Below, in pieces: positions 1 through 14,239 of a DNA stretch of 64,000 nucleotides. A model generated the notes under the pieces. It was not told the DNA's origin, did no database searches, and saw only the letters and a list, made by a program, of their open reading frames with translations. Numbering within the stretch: the first letter of the stretch is position 1; each line of letters starts with the position of its first letter. This DNA is from Lama guanicoe (Eukaryota). The position numbers were made by a program, and so were the translations under genes. Where the stretch lies: positions 1,920,011 to 1,984,010 of the forward strand of contig MU054117.1 in NCBI GenBank assembly GCA_013239625.1, in the 5' to 3' direction.

Positions 1-3000
1 TCACCTGTCACGGATAACCCATCTACTTGTCTCTCGCCTCCTTACCTACCAGCCCAGGCCATTTTCCTCTAGTTTGTAAACTCCCTGTATTTTTCAGTTA
101 CTTTTTAAAAGAACCAGATCATACATACACAGGAATATATGCAAATGGTTTAAAGACTAACACCTGTGCCCCATCCGTCAGCCCAAGGAGCAGGCACAAC
201 CAGCTCCTCTGAAGCCCTTTGTGCCTCTGTCCAGTCACCCTCCATTCCTCTCCCCAAATAACTGCTTCCTGAACTTTGTTTCCTTGATTTTCTTTTTATC
301 AAAAACAGATGAGCCCTGGCAACTACTTTTTCATCTCTGTATCTTTGGAATAGTGAACTTTACAGGTAGCAACGGTTGGATAAATGAAGGAGTGACTGTC
401 CCAGCAGGACTAGAACTGTTAACTCTTGGGCCAGTTTCTCTGGTCCTCAGTTTCCTCAATTGTAAAAGGAGGGACACACTCGATGGGTCCCCTTCCAGCA
501 CATCTACGGTTAACCCAGGAGGTTTCCCTGGGGGACTCGGCTGGGGAGCCATATCGCAGCTGCCAACCAGCATGCCCTGGCCCACGAGTGGGCTTCACAC
601 GGTAACACAGGTGCCAAGTACCGACCCCTTGAGTTCCTGGGGCAGCAGAAACCTAGGGCTGGCTGCATCCAACCACAAATACACTTAACTCTTTACCCCC
701 AAAAGTGATGCAAATATCTTCTCTTGTTATTTTCTATGTGCGCCAACAGGAAAAAGGTTGGAGAAGCACTATATTCGACTATAAGCTTGGTGGCGAGTGG
801 GAGCTGGATTTGGACCCAGGACAGTGTGGGGATTCTCTCTCCTCCCTGCCGCTCCGTTCAAAGGCCCACTGGCCCACTATCCAGGTGCCATATCAGTAGT
901 TTCTGACATATAAGGCCACCTAGAGAGATGCAAGACTGAAACATCCTGAAGCAGGAGGAGAAGGGAAGGCTTGGAGGAAGTGGAGGCTTCGAGGCCCCAC
1001 CCCTGTGCAGAGGGACCCCTGTCCCAGGTCCTCCCTGCAGCTGGGACAGAGGCAGGAATGTGTCCTGAGAGCAGACCTGCAGGGCCGGGGCCGGGGCTCC
1101 CCGCAGGCGGCCCAGCCCAGCTGCCGGGCCAGCCACAGCTGTTGGCAGGGAGTCTCCAGGTCTAAAATTAGCCTCCAGCTCTCCACCCAGGCAGTTCCAC
1201 CGCGCACTCTGGCAGACAGCCCTGCGGTGAGGTAATGACTGGGCGCCTGTGTGCCTCAGGGCAACGGGGTAGACGAGGCAGCACCCATGCGGGTCAGCCT
1301 GGGGCTGGGAACGGGGACAGAAGCAGGAGCTCGTGTGTGTGGAGCCTGCGTCCTGCTTTGCGTCTGCGTCCCGTGGGGACACCCTGTCCTGTGCTCCAGG
1401 CACAGCGCGGAAAGGAACACAAACTTCTCCTGAGAACTTCAGACGTGCCAGGTTCTCAGTCCGCCACCACAGCCTCGTGGGGTCAGGAACATCACTCCCA
1501 TCGCACAGAAGCCACGGGGATGCTCCCCAAGTCAGGGGCCCTGGGAGGGAATGCTTTCGGAGGGGCAGCCTCCCCCTGGAGGGGCAGCTCTGGAGGCAGA
1601 GCCCAAGCCCGTGACTCACTGACCCCCACCTCCAGATCCCTCCGCTTCTGATGGTCTGGTCAGGAAGCCAGTGGCCAGAGCTGCCAAAATAGGCGGCCAA
1701 CCCCGTGGCCAACGCCGGGCAGAAGCCTCTCCTCCCCTGGGCTGAGCACACTGAGGTATTTATGTGAGGGCTGCCCGCAGGCAGGGAGGGGCTGGGGGTG
1801 AGGCTCCAAGGTGGGGACTTGTCAGAAGTGCAGTGGCGAGTCGGAGGGCTCCAGAAAGAGGAGCCTGCAGGCCTGCAGAAGGGACCCCAAGGCCGCTCCG
1901 CCCCTCCGAGCCCATCTCCCCGAGGACCACGGCCCAGGGCTCATCCGACCTCACCCTCCCTCCCTGCCCCTGCCTGTGGAACCCACCCTCCCAGTCCCAG
2001 GTGAGGGGGAAGCGGACAATGAGAGACAGAACCCCAGCGCTGGTGCAAATACCGCTCTCTCTGGGAACAATGTCAGAGCCAGAGGGAAGCCCACGCCCCA
2101 AGGAGCCGAGATGTCTCCACTTGCAGAGGAGGAAAGTCAGGTCCAGAGCGCAGGACTGACGTGCTCGGTCTCAGAGCCAGTTCTTACCAGAACCGAGACC
2201 AGAACCCAGGTCCCCAACTCCAGCCCAGGGCTCTCACCCCCGAGGAAGTGCTGAAAGGAAAGGCCACCCGAGTTCTCCTCCAGGCCTGGTTCTGTGACAC
2301 GGCTTCCCCGCTCCTTCCGCTAAGACAGGTCTCAGCCCATCGCACAACAGATCACGCAAGCCACCAGTGACCTCCTGCTCCTCTGCCGGACGTGCCAGGT
2401 CTCACCTTCGGAACCTCTCACCTGCACCTGACACGCTGCTCCCCTTCTGCCTGTCAAGACCCCATAGCAGGCAGGCCCCTCCCTGCATCTCCCTCACTGT
2501 TCATTCTGTCTCCCTCGCTGGCTGGTTCTAGGCGGCCCAAAGCCCCCTGCCCCCAGATGTATCCCCTCTGGGGTGACTAGGCTCCACGTCTGGCTCCCCC
2601 ACCCCAGCTCTGGCAGTCCAGGCAGCACCAGCTGGTCGAGGGGAGGGCTCTGGCAGGACGGGACAGCGGCACCATCAAAGCACAGCCACGAAACCAAAGG
2701 CCCTGAGCAGGGTTGCACTGCCCGGTGACAGTCTGGACCACACCGCGGCCTCTGGGCTCCTGGACCACCCCCATCTCCCACCTGTCCTGAGCACCAGAAC
2801 TCTTCAGCGGGCCTCCCGCCTCGTCGGTGGGCTGCATGGGTGTGTCTGTGCCAGGAACCTCTTGCCTTCCTCTCCCCTCTAACACAGGAGCAGCAGGCCG
2901 TACAGGCTGTCTTCCCCGTGCACTCCAGGATCCAGCCCCCCGGCCCCGCCCCTGCCGGCCACAGCAGAGGACACCTTCCCAAGCAGGAGGAAGGACAGAC

Positions 3001-4879
3001 CCCCCTCCGGGAGAAGGAGCGCCTCTGACCCTAAAGTGCACCTGCCGCCCAGGCTGCTCCGAGCTCCGGCGGGGTGGGGGGTCCCCTGTGGAACAGGGAC
3101 CATTTTCCCGTCTGACCGTCCACTCCCTCCCTCACATGACTGGCTCCTGGAGGCCCTGCCAGCTGGGGAAAGGGTTCACCATCCTGGAGCTTTCCAAACC
3201 TTCTCAGAGATCTGAAGGAGCAGAGAAGTATAGAAAAACCACTCCTGGAGGATTTTCTTCCCTCCTTGGTTTTAGAAGAAACAGCTTTGGGGTTTTTCCC
3301 TGCCTCTCAGGCCTTCTAACATCTAAATATACCAAGCATAATCATTTCGAGCAAACCAAGTTATATATAATATATGTTTATCTTGCTTAACTAACAGAAA
3401 ACTACTCTACGGGTGCTAAAAATATTTCATAATTGTTTTCCTAAAAATATTACAGTGCATTTTCATTTCCCAGAAATTGACTCCCCCACTTTTTGTATCA
3501 ACGAGCACCTTAGGCCATTTATGCCCATTTCTTTTCCTCAAAGTGGTAAACATCAGCTTCCAACTGTTACGGGCTCCCCCCGTAACAGTCGGGTGGCTTT
3601 TCCTAAGGAATACAAGTAAAGCTTCAACATTGTAGAATGTTCCTATGCAAATATTTTTCCAATTTTCATGCATTGGAGCAAAGTTGAATTCTTATTTGCC
3701 CTGCTAAATCAAGCTTGAATATTATTATTTTTTCACCTCCTCTCTGAGCTCTTCCCCAAACATGTTCCGAACCCACTTGTTGCTACCTACCTGCAACTTT
3801 TCTTCAGTTTGTCATCCATTTCGTCTCTTACCCCCTCACAAAGAATTGCCAGTGATGGTCTTCCATAACCCAAGGGCTGGGGTTATGAAAATGCCCGCCC
3901 TTGACAGCTTGTACCTTTCCGCAGAGATGAGGATAAAGGAGAAGATGACATGTTTTCAAATTTTGTTTGTATTTTTCTGCCAAAGGGTTTCATGATTCAC
4001 GTGATCCAGGATTCTTCTGATTTAAAATCAGCTTCATCTATTCCCATTCCCAGCCCTCCTCAACTCAAGGAGGTGAGAGGAAATCATAATTCCACTTGCT
4101 TTAGCAGAATGGGCTCTGTTCTGAGGGCGGAGGGTGCAGGGTGGGGGGTGCGAAGGGACCTGCCGGATGAGGAATGTCACGTCTTGACTGCCCTTTGCAA
4201 TATAAGGATTCAACATCCACAAGGGCTTCCTTACAGGTGACCCTCAGATACCAGCACCAGCGCAGCGTATCGCCGGAGGATTTCGGAAAACCCACAGATC
4301 ACCTCCAGCAGCAGCTGAGCTGGGCACATGGTCCACTCCCAGCTAAGCGGCAACAACTTCACCTAGTTCACTGGCAAGAAAAGATAAACAGATCTGAGCA
4401 CCAGTCCTCTACACACTTGGCGCACACCAGGAGAAAACACTTCACAAAACTCACACATTAAAAGGAAGCTTCTCAGCAAACACAAAGGCACAGTGAGAGC
4501 ACGCCCAGGGACCAGGAGTTCCGGCCCCAGCCCCGCTCCCGGGCGGCTTGCTTAAAACACTCTCAGCCTCAAATTCTTTACTGGTAAAATCAGAAGGCTG
4601 GGCAAACACTACGCTTTAAGAGGCAACTCCAATCAATCTGTAGTGACAGCCTGGCGAGCTGCGTTGAGAAAGACTGGGAGACTGTGCTGGGGCTCGGAGA
4701 AAGAATTTCCTCTTCTACTGGAGATGCCTGTCACCGACCCGGAAACAGAGGTGCAGGCATTTTCCATCTCAGAATTTAAAAATCCCTGTCCTGAGGTTCT
4801 TTGTGATGTGTAAAAGAAAACATCCCAAAATTAATCAAAAGAGAGTCAAAGGAGCTTTCAAAGCTGACAAAGTGGTAAT

Positions 4880-5125
4880 AAATAATCACAGCTAATGTTT
4901 ATTCAACATTATGTGTCAGGAGCGGTTCTTGCTGCTGTCTATGTGTTATTTCACTTAACTGTCACAACCAAACCCGACGAGGGGAGTGACACTACTGCTA
5001 ACATTCCCATTTTACAGATGAGGACCTGGGGCGCACCGAGGTTCAGTAATCTGCTCACAGAGGCACAGTTTACTAAGTATAGGAGCCGGGATCCAAACTC
5101 AGGCAGTCTGACTTCAGAGACCTGC
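4880..5125 (-). mobile_element. MIR SINE
   Basis: Core CCCATTTTACAGATGAGGA..GAGGTTCAGTAATCTGCTCA..GGATCCAAACTCAGGCAGTCTGACT. Confidence 0.75.
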
Positions 5126-6911
5126 TCTCAGTCAGACGCCAGGAAGGAAGGGAGAAAAGGAGGCGCACAGACACTGGCAGATGGTGGGCAGGACACCACG
5201 GCCACCTCAGAGGTCGAGGCAGAAATGGTGGCGGTGTCCACACGGGGGAAGCGTGGGCACAACCAAGGCCGTGTCGGCTGAATTCTCAGTTAACCACCTG
5301 CTCCTCCGAGCGCCGGTGCTCGTGCGGAGGGGGAAGCCAGTGCCGTGAGCAGGCTCTTCGGAGCCATCCTCAGCTTCTCCAGCAACCTCACTGGAGGGCC
5401 CAAAGCCAACCCAGACGGAGTGGGAACAGAAGGAAACGTCAGCTGGGAGTTTCAGACAACTGAAGCTCGACAGCAGCTCCAAAAAGGGTGAAGAAACAGA
5501 GGGAGGCTTCGGGGGAAGATGGACTGAAAGGGCGAGCAGCGGTGGGCGCGGCAGGCAGAAGGAAGACCTGCGAAGCAGCCCTGCGGAGTCCGAGAGAGGG
5601 CCCGCCCGAGGGAGAGGGGACCCCAACTCTGGTGCTTCAGGGCCAGAGGCCACACTCTCGGGATGCGGACCCCCAGACCTTACACACGCTCTCTGCATCT
5701 CCCAGCAATGGGACTGCTTCTTGGCTCTCTTTCTCCCCACTGACTTCTGTCCCTGCATCTAAAGAAAAGGATTTAATCAGGCGGAACCCGGTTAACTGTC
5801 CCCAAGTCAACCAAACGCTGACAACCTACCACGTCCAGATATCGGGCAAAGCACTCAGCCAGAGTTCCCGACCAGGGATCCCCAGAGAGGTGTCAGGGGC
5901 CTGTGTACCCCCCCAAATAGCACACAAACTATGAGGGGGCAGCCAAATTTCTGGGTAGAGGGTCCTCAGTTTCTTCATCGGCTTTTACAAGTGTGTACAA
6001 GCCACAAAGGGTTAAGCGCATCTGCCAGGGAGACCAAGGGAAGGCGCCCAGGTCTGGCACCCGAGAAATTCAGTCTCATGGGGGAAGACAGACAGACAGA
6101 AATAACTCTGAGGCAAGACAGCCCCTGATAAGCATGCTAGCCGAGGACAAAAGGTGGAGCGGGGGAAGGGAGCAGAGGTTCATTCCAGCAGGGGTGGGGG
6201 TGGGGGGCTGTTGATAGGACATCCTCCCCTCCTGACCCTGGTTTGGAATCCAAGTTGGCGAAGAGGAGAAACCCCAGGCCCAGAAAGAGCCCCCGCCAGC
6301 GCCCCTCGCCCACATTCCCCCAGCAGGAACCCAGAGTTGGAGGCTGCCTCCATGCCCACCGGGGAGCGGGGAGCAGGGACAGAGGACGCTGTCCCAGGAC
6401 AAGGGCAGGTGGCAGGACGATGAAGGTGAGCACTGCCCAGGTCTGCGCTTTCCCCCTCTGCCGGCTCCCGTCTTCCGGATTCCTGGGGTGCTTGTGACAC
6501 TTGCCCCCGGGAGCCTCCCACTCTCCGGGCTTCTCTTCTCCCACCTCCATCCAGAAACTCTGTCCTCACCTGTTTCATTCTCTTCCAAGAACTCGTCGCC
6601 ACCTGAAATTCTTCTCTCTTTGTCTGTGTGTTTATTATCTGTCTTTTCCTCTAGAAACATCAGCTCCAGGACAGCACAGCCTTTAAATGCCTGGTTCCCT
6701 CCCACGTCCCTAACATCTACAGCGCTGCCTGGCACATTTGGTAAACGAGCGTCTGTTCCCCGTCCCTTTGTGCGTGTTCTTCTGCAAGACTAGCACAGCG
6801 TCCAGGCCCCAGAGAGCAGAGTGTAAGAAGAAATGGAGGCACTTACTTCTCCTGAGACCACTGTTTGAGATGCTGTGTGTGCACGGCAGCCTTAAGTTAA
6901 AATGATCACAG

Positions 6912-7044
6912 GAGGAGGGTGTAGGTCAGTGGCTGAGTGCATGCTGAGCGCGCACGAAGTCCTGGGTTCAACCCCCAGTACCTCCATTAAAATAAATAAC
7001 AAACCTGATTACCTCCCCCACCCAAAAAGAAAAAAGAAAAAAAA
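6912..7044 (+). mobile_element. Camelid tRNA-derived SINE (Vic-1-like)
   Basis: A box (GTAGGTCAGTGG), B box (GGTTCAACCCC), family tail AATAAA..AAACCTGATTACCTCCCC, A-rich end; target-site duplication GATCACAG at 6904 and 7045. Confidence 0.85.
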
Positions 7045-7878
7045 GATCACAGCAGAGTGTAGCCAGAGAACCATGTGTGCAACCCAGAACTCTCATATCT
7101 CCTACCACCTTCTGCGTCAACAGTACTGCCAAACTGTCACGTGTTTCTTTGACAAGTCGCAGCCTTCCCATCACCGTCCTCAGCCACAGGTCATCGCCCA
7201 TACCCCACGTCACCACAGTGGCCACCTGAGTGGCCTCGGTCACCAAGATGTCCTGCAAACTTCTGGGAGCTTCATCTCCCAATACTCACTGCTCCTAGGA
7301 CATGAAATGTGTTCCATAACTGTCTGAAGAACTAAAGCAAGAAGCAGTGGGTGAGAATAAGAAACACCGCCACCACCATATCCAGTCCCTGCTTTCAGAA
7401 ATCTACGTCACTCTCGAGTCGAAACCCAGTGACCTGGCGCTCAGGACTGTGCCACCAGGTCACAACCACCTTTCCAGACTCGTCTCCTCCATCCCGTGGG
7501 AGCCTCTGCCCTCAGGATCAGCGCTGCCCACACTTTGACTCAGTCTGTGCCAGACTCCCCAGGTGGAAACAGCCACCTTTATCAGACTCGCTCAAACTCC
7601 AACAGCAACGAAAACCCCAACAGAGCTGGAAGAGGTCTTAAAGATTCAGGCCAAAGGACTTCCTTTTGAGAAATACAGCAAAATGCTAAGAAATGCTGCA
7701 TAAAATGGGACAAACTTCTTACTTACATAGCTAAGCTCTCCATAAATCAGGGCAATCTCCAGCGGCCAGAGCATGAAGATGTGAGCTCTGGTGCACTCCC
7801 CTCTCAGTCTGGGGCAACCAACCACTTCAGATAAGAGATTAGGTAAAACAAATTCTGGAGTATTAAACACAGAGAACA

Positions 7879-7985
7879 GGGGAAGGACACAGCTCGGCGG
7901 TAGAGCGCGTGCCTAGCATGCACAGGGCCCTGGGTTCAATCCCCAGTACCTCTGTTAAAAAAAAAGAGAGAGAAAGAGAGAGACG
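7879..7985 (+). mobile_element. Vic-1-like SINE, short form with A/(GA)n tail
   Basis: AGCTCGGCGGTAGAGCGCGTGCCTAGCATGCAC..CTGGGTTCAATCCCCAGTACCTC. Confidence 0.85.
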
Positions 7986-9320
7986 AGAATATATCTTAAG
8001 ACTCTGTCCTGGGTCCACGAGGAACCCTCAGCACCCTCATTCCCGCTGCCCATCTCCAACGCAGAGGTGGTGGTGAGTGGTCTGGGGACGAGCCGGTGGG
8101 CGAGGGGAGGGTGTGCATGTCCACTTGCCCACACACGTCCATTTGAACCCTGCTTGGCAGGAAGGGTGGAAAGGAGGGGATCAGAGGATTTGTAAGAAGA
8201 TCTCAGCAGGGAGGCCTTTAATCTCTGAAGCAACTGCTTGCATGGGGACCATGTTGTCAAGGGTGACCTTGGAGGCCAAGGAGCCAGAGGCCCTGGCGAA
8301 CTGCCACCTCTCATCAGGCAACGGAGTCCTGAAAGACCAGAGAGAAGGCCAAAGACTGACCCAGGAGAGGTTCCAAACCTGCCCCTGAAAGGAACACCCC
8401 AGTCCAGAGATTACGGAACTGAAGCCCTCAAAGGAAGAAAGGCTTGCCTGAGCACCCGCGGTAAGTCAGCTTCAAAGCTAGGATTTAAACAGAGATACGG
8501 CCCAGTGCTCCTGCCGGCCAGTCCCGGAAGTCCTCCCGAGTGTACTCGGGGCGGCGGGTGACGCTCCCCAACTGCTGAGCTTTGGTGCCAGGCACGTCCC
8601 CCAGACAGCTCTCGCTCTCAGCAAAACCCTTAACTTCCAACTTACCCCCCCATCGACGCGGATCTCTCCCCGGGTACACATGGAAAGACGGAGGCAGTGC
8701 TGAACATCATGGAAAAAAGAGTGGCTGAAGAATGTGCGTTCGGTGGCAGGTGTGGACACAGATGGCTGAGGGCCTGGGCACAGCTGTGTCACGGGCTGAG
8801 AAGCTGAAGGCAAAAGGGCCAGCTGAGGAATGTGTCCACACACTAGGAGGAGTCTCTCATTCCTACCAGATCATAAACTCTGCAGGGGAAGAGACAGGGG
8901 CCGACATTCTCTGAGCTCCTAACATGTGCTAGGCTTATGTTCAATCTAATTGGGCACCTAACATGTGCGAGGCTCACTAAATCTTACCTAATCAGAAGAA
9001 GAGCTCCACGGGGAGGTCACAGAACCCCAGTCCCCCGACGAAGCATCTGAGCCTTGAAAAGGAACACACACCTTACACAAGGTCCTGGAACTGCGGAGTC
9101 ACAAGGCTTGGATTTGAACACCACCCTGCCTCCAAATTCCATAATTTTTTCCAGGAACCATCGATGCTTTTCATCTCACTCAGTCTCCCACAAAAAAAGT
9201 AAATACTCACTAAACATTTTACTTAAGTTTTAAAATGAATCACCTCTGCAGCCATTCAAGATTGGCAAAAAGAAGTCAAGACTGAAAACTGCACATCACT
9301 CAGTTTCCTGGGCATTTATA

Positions 9321-9776
9321 CACGCAGACCTCACTTTTCTGCACAGATATTGCATTTTTTACAAATTGAAGATTTGTGGCAACCCTGCGTGGAGCAGGTC
9401 CACAGGCACCATTTTTCCAACAGCATTTGATCGCTTGGGGTCTCTGCCACATTTTGGTAATTCTTGCAATATTTCAAACCTTTTCATTATTATTCTGTTT
9501 GTTATGGTGATCTGCGGTCAGTGATCTTTGACATTACTATTACAAAAATACTGTGATTCACCGAAGACTCAGATGACTGTGAGCATTTTCTACCAATAAA
9601 GTATTTTTAATTAAGGTCTGTACGTTGTTTTAGACACCAGACTACTGCACACTTACTAGACTGCAGTGTAGTGTAAACGTAACTGTTATGTAACATCAGT
9701 CTGCCTCACTTTATTGCAATGTTCACTGTATGGCAGTGGTTGGAACTGAGCTCACGGGATCTCCAAGGTCTATCTG
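9321..9776 (+). mobile_element. Tigger1-derived non-autonomous DNA transposon (internally deleted)
   Basis: Preceded by TA; degenerate terminal repeats (CACGCAGACCTC .. AAGGTCTATCTG vs recalled CAGGCATACCTC); characteristic TTTTTACAAATTGAAGATTTGTGGCAACCCTGC left arm and CAATAAAGTATTTTTAATTAAGG right arm joined at ~9541. Confidence 0.85.
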
Positions 9777-10858
9777 CGAAAATCCTTGGTCTGTCTGGAC
9801 TGTCATTTCTCTGCTCCCACCCCCGCCCTTCTTTCTCCTTTTCCCATCTGTGGGCCCTCTTCTCAGGTCCTGGTGCCGTGAAGCACAATTCCACCAGCCA
9901 AGGAGCAGGGTACAGGCACAGCCCCTGCCTGGCACCACAGGAATGCAGCCTGGAAGAAAAGTGGGCGGGAGGCAGGCAGCACCTGTGCCCTGGGATTCCC
10001 TGCTTTCTCACCTATCAGTGAAAGGGCTGGACCTCTGATGTTCGTGACTTTATGCTCCTGGAAGCCACAGCTCTTCACACTTATGGTCCCTGCACTGGCC
10101 TGGGAGGGTGAGGAGCCCAAAGGACAAACCTGAGGTTCCTGGCCTCCCTGGCCAGCCCTCTCGGTTAATTAGTACTGTCGGGGGTCCCATGAGTCATTAC
10201 ATCTCCCTTATAGTTATGTCCTTGTTTTCAATGACAGTGCCTCAGACCCCAGCGTCTGTCAGTAAATTCCAAGTTTTTGATATTGCTTTCATACACAAGG
10301 AGGTGAGAATTTATTTTGGAATGTCATTCAATGTTTCAATACCTCAATATACTAAAAGAAATCAGGAAAATTATTTTTCAGCTTTTTAGAATTCCTGTTT
10401 AACGTATTCCAGGATCCACCTGGTTATCACAGCTAACACACTTTTTTTTCTTTTCGGTAATCTACAGGTCAGAGCAGTGAGGTTACGGGTGACTGTTAAT
10501 TTCTTCTTCATACTTGTGAACCCACCACAGAACTTTTAGTGATTTCTCTGTGCCTTGACCTGATCCAGAAAAAAATCAAAGTGGCTTGCAAGCACCGCAG
10601 AACATAAAATGACATAAATTAGAAGTAGTCGTGGGTAAAAACGAAAAAGATACAGGCAAAAAACTGAAACCAAAATGCAGATCATAAAATCTTTTACACT
10701 TTTCCCCCAATGAATCAAAAACTGAATTCTAAAGCTTTCTAGGAACCAACACAAAGGGAGAAAGCAGAGTGGTTATACAATTCACGTGGCCGATAAAAAT
10801 TAAAACGGACAGACTGCTCGGGAGAAGCACAACCAGTTCTAACGTCAGGGCAGAAGAA

Positions 10859-11035
10859 AGTTCTCATCACAAGGAGAAAAGATGCAATTACACCTAGCTT
10901 AGTTAACTAGACTTAACTAGTTAACTAGACTTACTGTGGTGATCATTCTGTAATACATACGTGTATCAAATCATTCTGTTGTACACTTTCAACTAATATG
11001 CCAGTTGTCTCTCTAAAAGTGGGGGAAAAAAATAA
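10859..11035 (+). mobile_element. L1 3'-end fragment
   Basis: TTCTCATCACAA..TTAACTAGACTTACTGTGGTGATCATT..TGTTGTACAC; same family as 37650-37834; carries a small internal duplication of AGTTAACTAGACTTA. Confidence 0.75.
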
Positions 11036-11622
11036 AGGCCAGAAGAAGCATTTCTGGAGTGCTCTCGTACACAGAATAGGCAGTGGTCCCTAGTCCTCCC
11101 TTGGAGACTTTCGCAGGACTGCATCTCATGGCCCCTGGGGCCCTGGTCTTCCTAGGCCACTCCTTAAGTTACTGAGTCAGCTGTGCTGGGGTGTCTAAAG
11201 CACAGAAAGGGAGTTTTACGGGGGTGGGTGTGGTCCAGAGACACCGCCATTACCTGGTATAATGAACATGTGTTATTTTTATAATCACAAAGAAATACTG
11301 TTTTTAAAATAAATCACATACTGTGTGATTCCATCTACACAAAGTATAAACATAGACTAAATTAGTCTATGCGGATGGTAGTGACTGAAAGTGCCAGTAG
11401 TGTGTTCCTTCACTGGGCTGCTGGGTGCAAGGGTCTGCTCAGTTTGCGGGGATTCACCAGGCTGGACATCTGCACCTGCACCTTCCTGTGCCTGTAACAT
11501 ACTTCCATGAAAACTTAAAAAAAAAAAAAAGCCCACAAGGACAATTTGCATGCTTATTTTCTAAAATAAAAAAAGGCTGGTCCATAGTTCAGAAATTTTA
11601 AAATTTAGCATAAAAAATAGCA

Positions 11623-11745
11623 GGGAGGGTACAGCTCTGTGGCAGAGTGCGTGTCTAGCATGCACAAGGTCCTGGGTTCTATCCCCAGTATTTCCATTAA
11701 AAATAAGTAAATAGAAACCTAATTACCTCCCCCGGCAAAAAACAA
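11623..11745 (+). mobile_element. Vic-1-like SINE
   Basis: Same head, B box and AAACCTAATTACCTCCCC tail as the other copies. Confidence 0.85.
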
Positions 11746-12430
11746 TTCAGTATAAAAAAAAAGTTACATATTAAAATAGCACAGAGATAAAAAGAATATT
11801 CATTTCTGCTTAGCTCACGGACACGTCTACCGTGAAAGCAGCACTTGTTGGAACCTGAGTCTGTAAAAGTTTAAAGATCTGTCCATCATGCTTTGCTCAC
11901 AATGCATAACTTACTCAGCCCGGCGCCCTTTATAACCCTTTCCGAATTAGCCTCGCGCCTTCCAGGAGCGCCATCTATTCTGGAAAACACAGAAATCCGT
12001 TCACTGTGGATCACAAGGTCAGAGGAGGACTGTCTGAAAGCTGGGACCGTGTGGCCGGCCTCGCTGAGACCTCCTCATCCTCAGACAGGAGGAAACGTGC
12101 TCTAGGAAATGGAAAGGGCAGGTCTGGGGTCCGGCGGAGCTCAGCGGCCAAGCAGACAGTGAGCGTGGCTCGGAGCAGCCTCCAGGCCCCCTCCCAGAGC
12201 AAGCTCGGCCCTGGTGGCGGCCGCTCCGCTCCATAAAGCCCAGCACCGGAGGGCGAGACCGGCTCCGAGGCCTGGAAAACTACCACAGGGCACGGCCGGC
12301 TGCTCCGAAAACCAGCATGGAAGGGGCTGCTCCAAAGACCTCGCGCCGCAGAGCAGTTAGGACCGTGTGGGTGTCTGAACAGCTCCCAGGCCCAGCAGGA
12401 GCCTGGGGCCTGGGCCCAGACCACAGCCCC

Positions 12431-12462
12431 GGGGTTCCAGGGTTCCGGGGTTCCGGGATTCC
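12431..12462. repeat. 4 x 8-bp tandem repeat (RGGRTTCC)
   Basis: GGGGTTCC AGGGTTCC GGGGTTCC GGGATTCC. Confidence 0.85.
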
Positions 12463-14239
12463 GGGGTGGCGGCGGGATGGCTGTGGCTCTGCCAGCCGCG
12501 TCAGGGAGGCGCACAGACCAGGGAGGGAGAGGCCAGGGCTGGGTGAGGGGTCCTGTCCTCATACACTTTGGCCCAGTTGCAGACAACGCTGGTCCGGGGG
12601 CAACACACTTTTCGTTAAAAAACACAGATGGCTTAATTCTTACCCTTTGCCTTTGTGCTTAAAGGCTACTGTTGTTTACATGTATCATGGAACATGGAAC
12701 AAGAATTCCTAGGTTCTATTCTTGGACCCGTCACTGATAAACAACGCATCTGCCAGTGGAAAATATCAGGTGTTTGGAAATTCAGAGCTTACCATCTGAA
12801 ACCAGAAGGTATTCAAGTGCCTCGTGTGTGCCGTGCATTGAACACTGATTCGAAGTTACACGCAGCAGCAGCCAGGCGACCAGAACAGCAGCATAAAGAG
12901 AGGCAAGGAGGACACAGGAAAAGGAGCCAGAGATTTGGTGGGAAAGTGGGGCAGCGTGGCCAGGGCGCACGCGCTGGGGACCCAGCCACCAGGAGCACAC
13001 GGAGCAGCTGTGCCTCCCTCCCTGGCCTCTGCCCCGGGTTTCGGCTCTAAGCCACCCCATCCCCTCTGCCCACACATCCGCCTCATCTGTTTCTCCCTCT
13101 CTCTCCCGCCGGAGTCTCAGATTACTGTTCTGCCCTGGGCTACCTGTTACCGGAGGGTTTGCATCCTTTCCAGGTCAGAATGGCTGTGGTGACCCTGGGA
13201 GCCGCGGGGCCACCTGACATCTGCAGGTGTGCCTCCTCCACCCACTCACAAGGGCCAACCAGAGAGAGACGTGTTACAGGTTTCAGGCGTTGAAGGCCAC
13301 CTCATCCCGGAGCTTGAGAACACACTGGAGTTCAGCAGGCAGGCTGGGCACTTGCATGGGGACATTCCAGACCCAGGCCTGCAAGATCCAGAAAGAGGCT
13401 AGAGCACCTGCCCCGCAGCCCAGGCCCTGGGCCAGATATGCTGCCTCCGCTCCAGCACCAAGTTGGTCCCAGCAAATTGGTCAATTACAGAGCAAAGAAC
13501 CTAGAAACCATTTTAGTCCAGACCTCTGCCCTCAGGCAGGTCGTAGCTAATCCAATCTGGACACATGGGTAGAGCTTGTTAAAACCGGCCAGAATAGAGT
13601 CTTTAACTTCTGATCGTAGTCTGTTCCCCAGGGCTGCTTTTAGCCAGTCCACACAAGTCAGTTATCTAAATGTTGGAATGATTAAATGAAGGCTTTGGTA
13701 CACAGGGACTGCCCCAGGCCCTTTGAACATCCCACTAGAGCCCTGATCTGTCCCCAGGAGAGCTCCAGGACCCAGCAGCTAAAGGAATCTTCGACCTCCA
13801 CCCCAGCACCCACATCCACACCACAGAACAGCCTTGTTAACCAGTCTTACTATTACCCTGGCTTCTAGGACACTACCCTTTTCTAAAACCTTCACCTGCT
13901 TTCTCTTACCTACTGAATAAATGTCCCTCTTTAGGGCTGTGACCCAAAGTCTTGCCTAATACAGCCCCATCCCACATTCTCCTTCACACTCTCTGCTTCA
14001 CCAAATCCAGAGGCTCAACATTCCCAAACACGAACTCTCCCTTGACTCTGGGTCTCTGGGGCTCTGCTCTCTCTGCCTGGAATAGCCTTCTCTTTCTGTG
14101 CCATTAAAGTCTCACCAACTCCCCAAGAACTCCTGAAATGTCACCACTTCCATGAAATATTAGTTGAAAGAGCCATGTCCCCTTTCCAGAAGTGTCACAG
14201 CAGCGTGTAAGTTCTACATATATAAAACTTAATGGTTGT

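Noticed and set aside
858..1751. 297-aa minus-strand ORF and the many overlapping 100-230 aa ORFs in 1-27 kb
   Set aside because: Pro/Gly/Arg/Ser-rich, overlapping in several frames, no recognisable domain or splice structure; expected by chance in GC-rich intronic DNA.
5281..5760. Possible processed pseudogene (coding-like purine-rich stretch)
   Set aside because: Translations match no protein I recognise; no poly(A) tail or target duplication. A BLASTX search would settle it.
12431..12462. NF-kB site cluster or CRISPR-like array
   Set aside because: Units are 8 bp and do not fit the 10-bp GGGRNNYYCC consensus; no spacers, and the DNA is eukaryotic.
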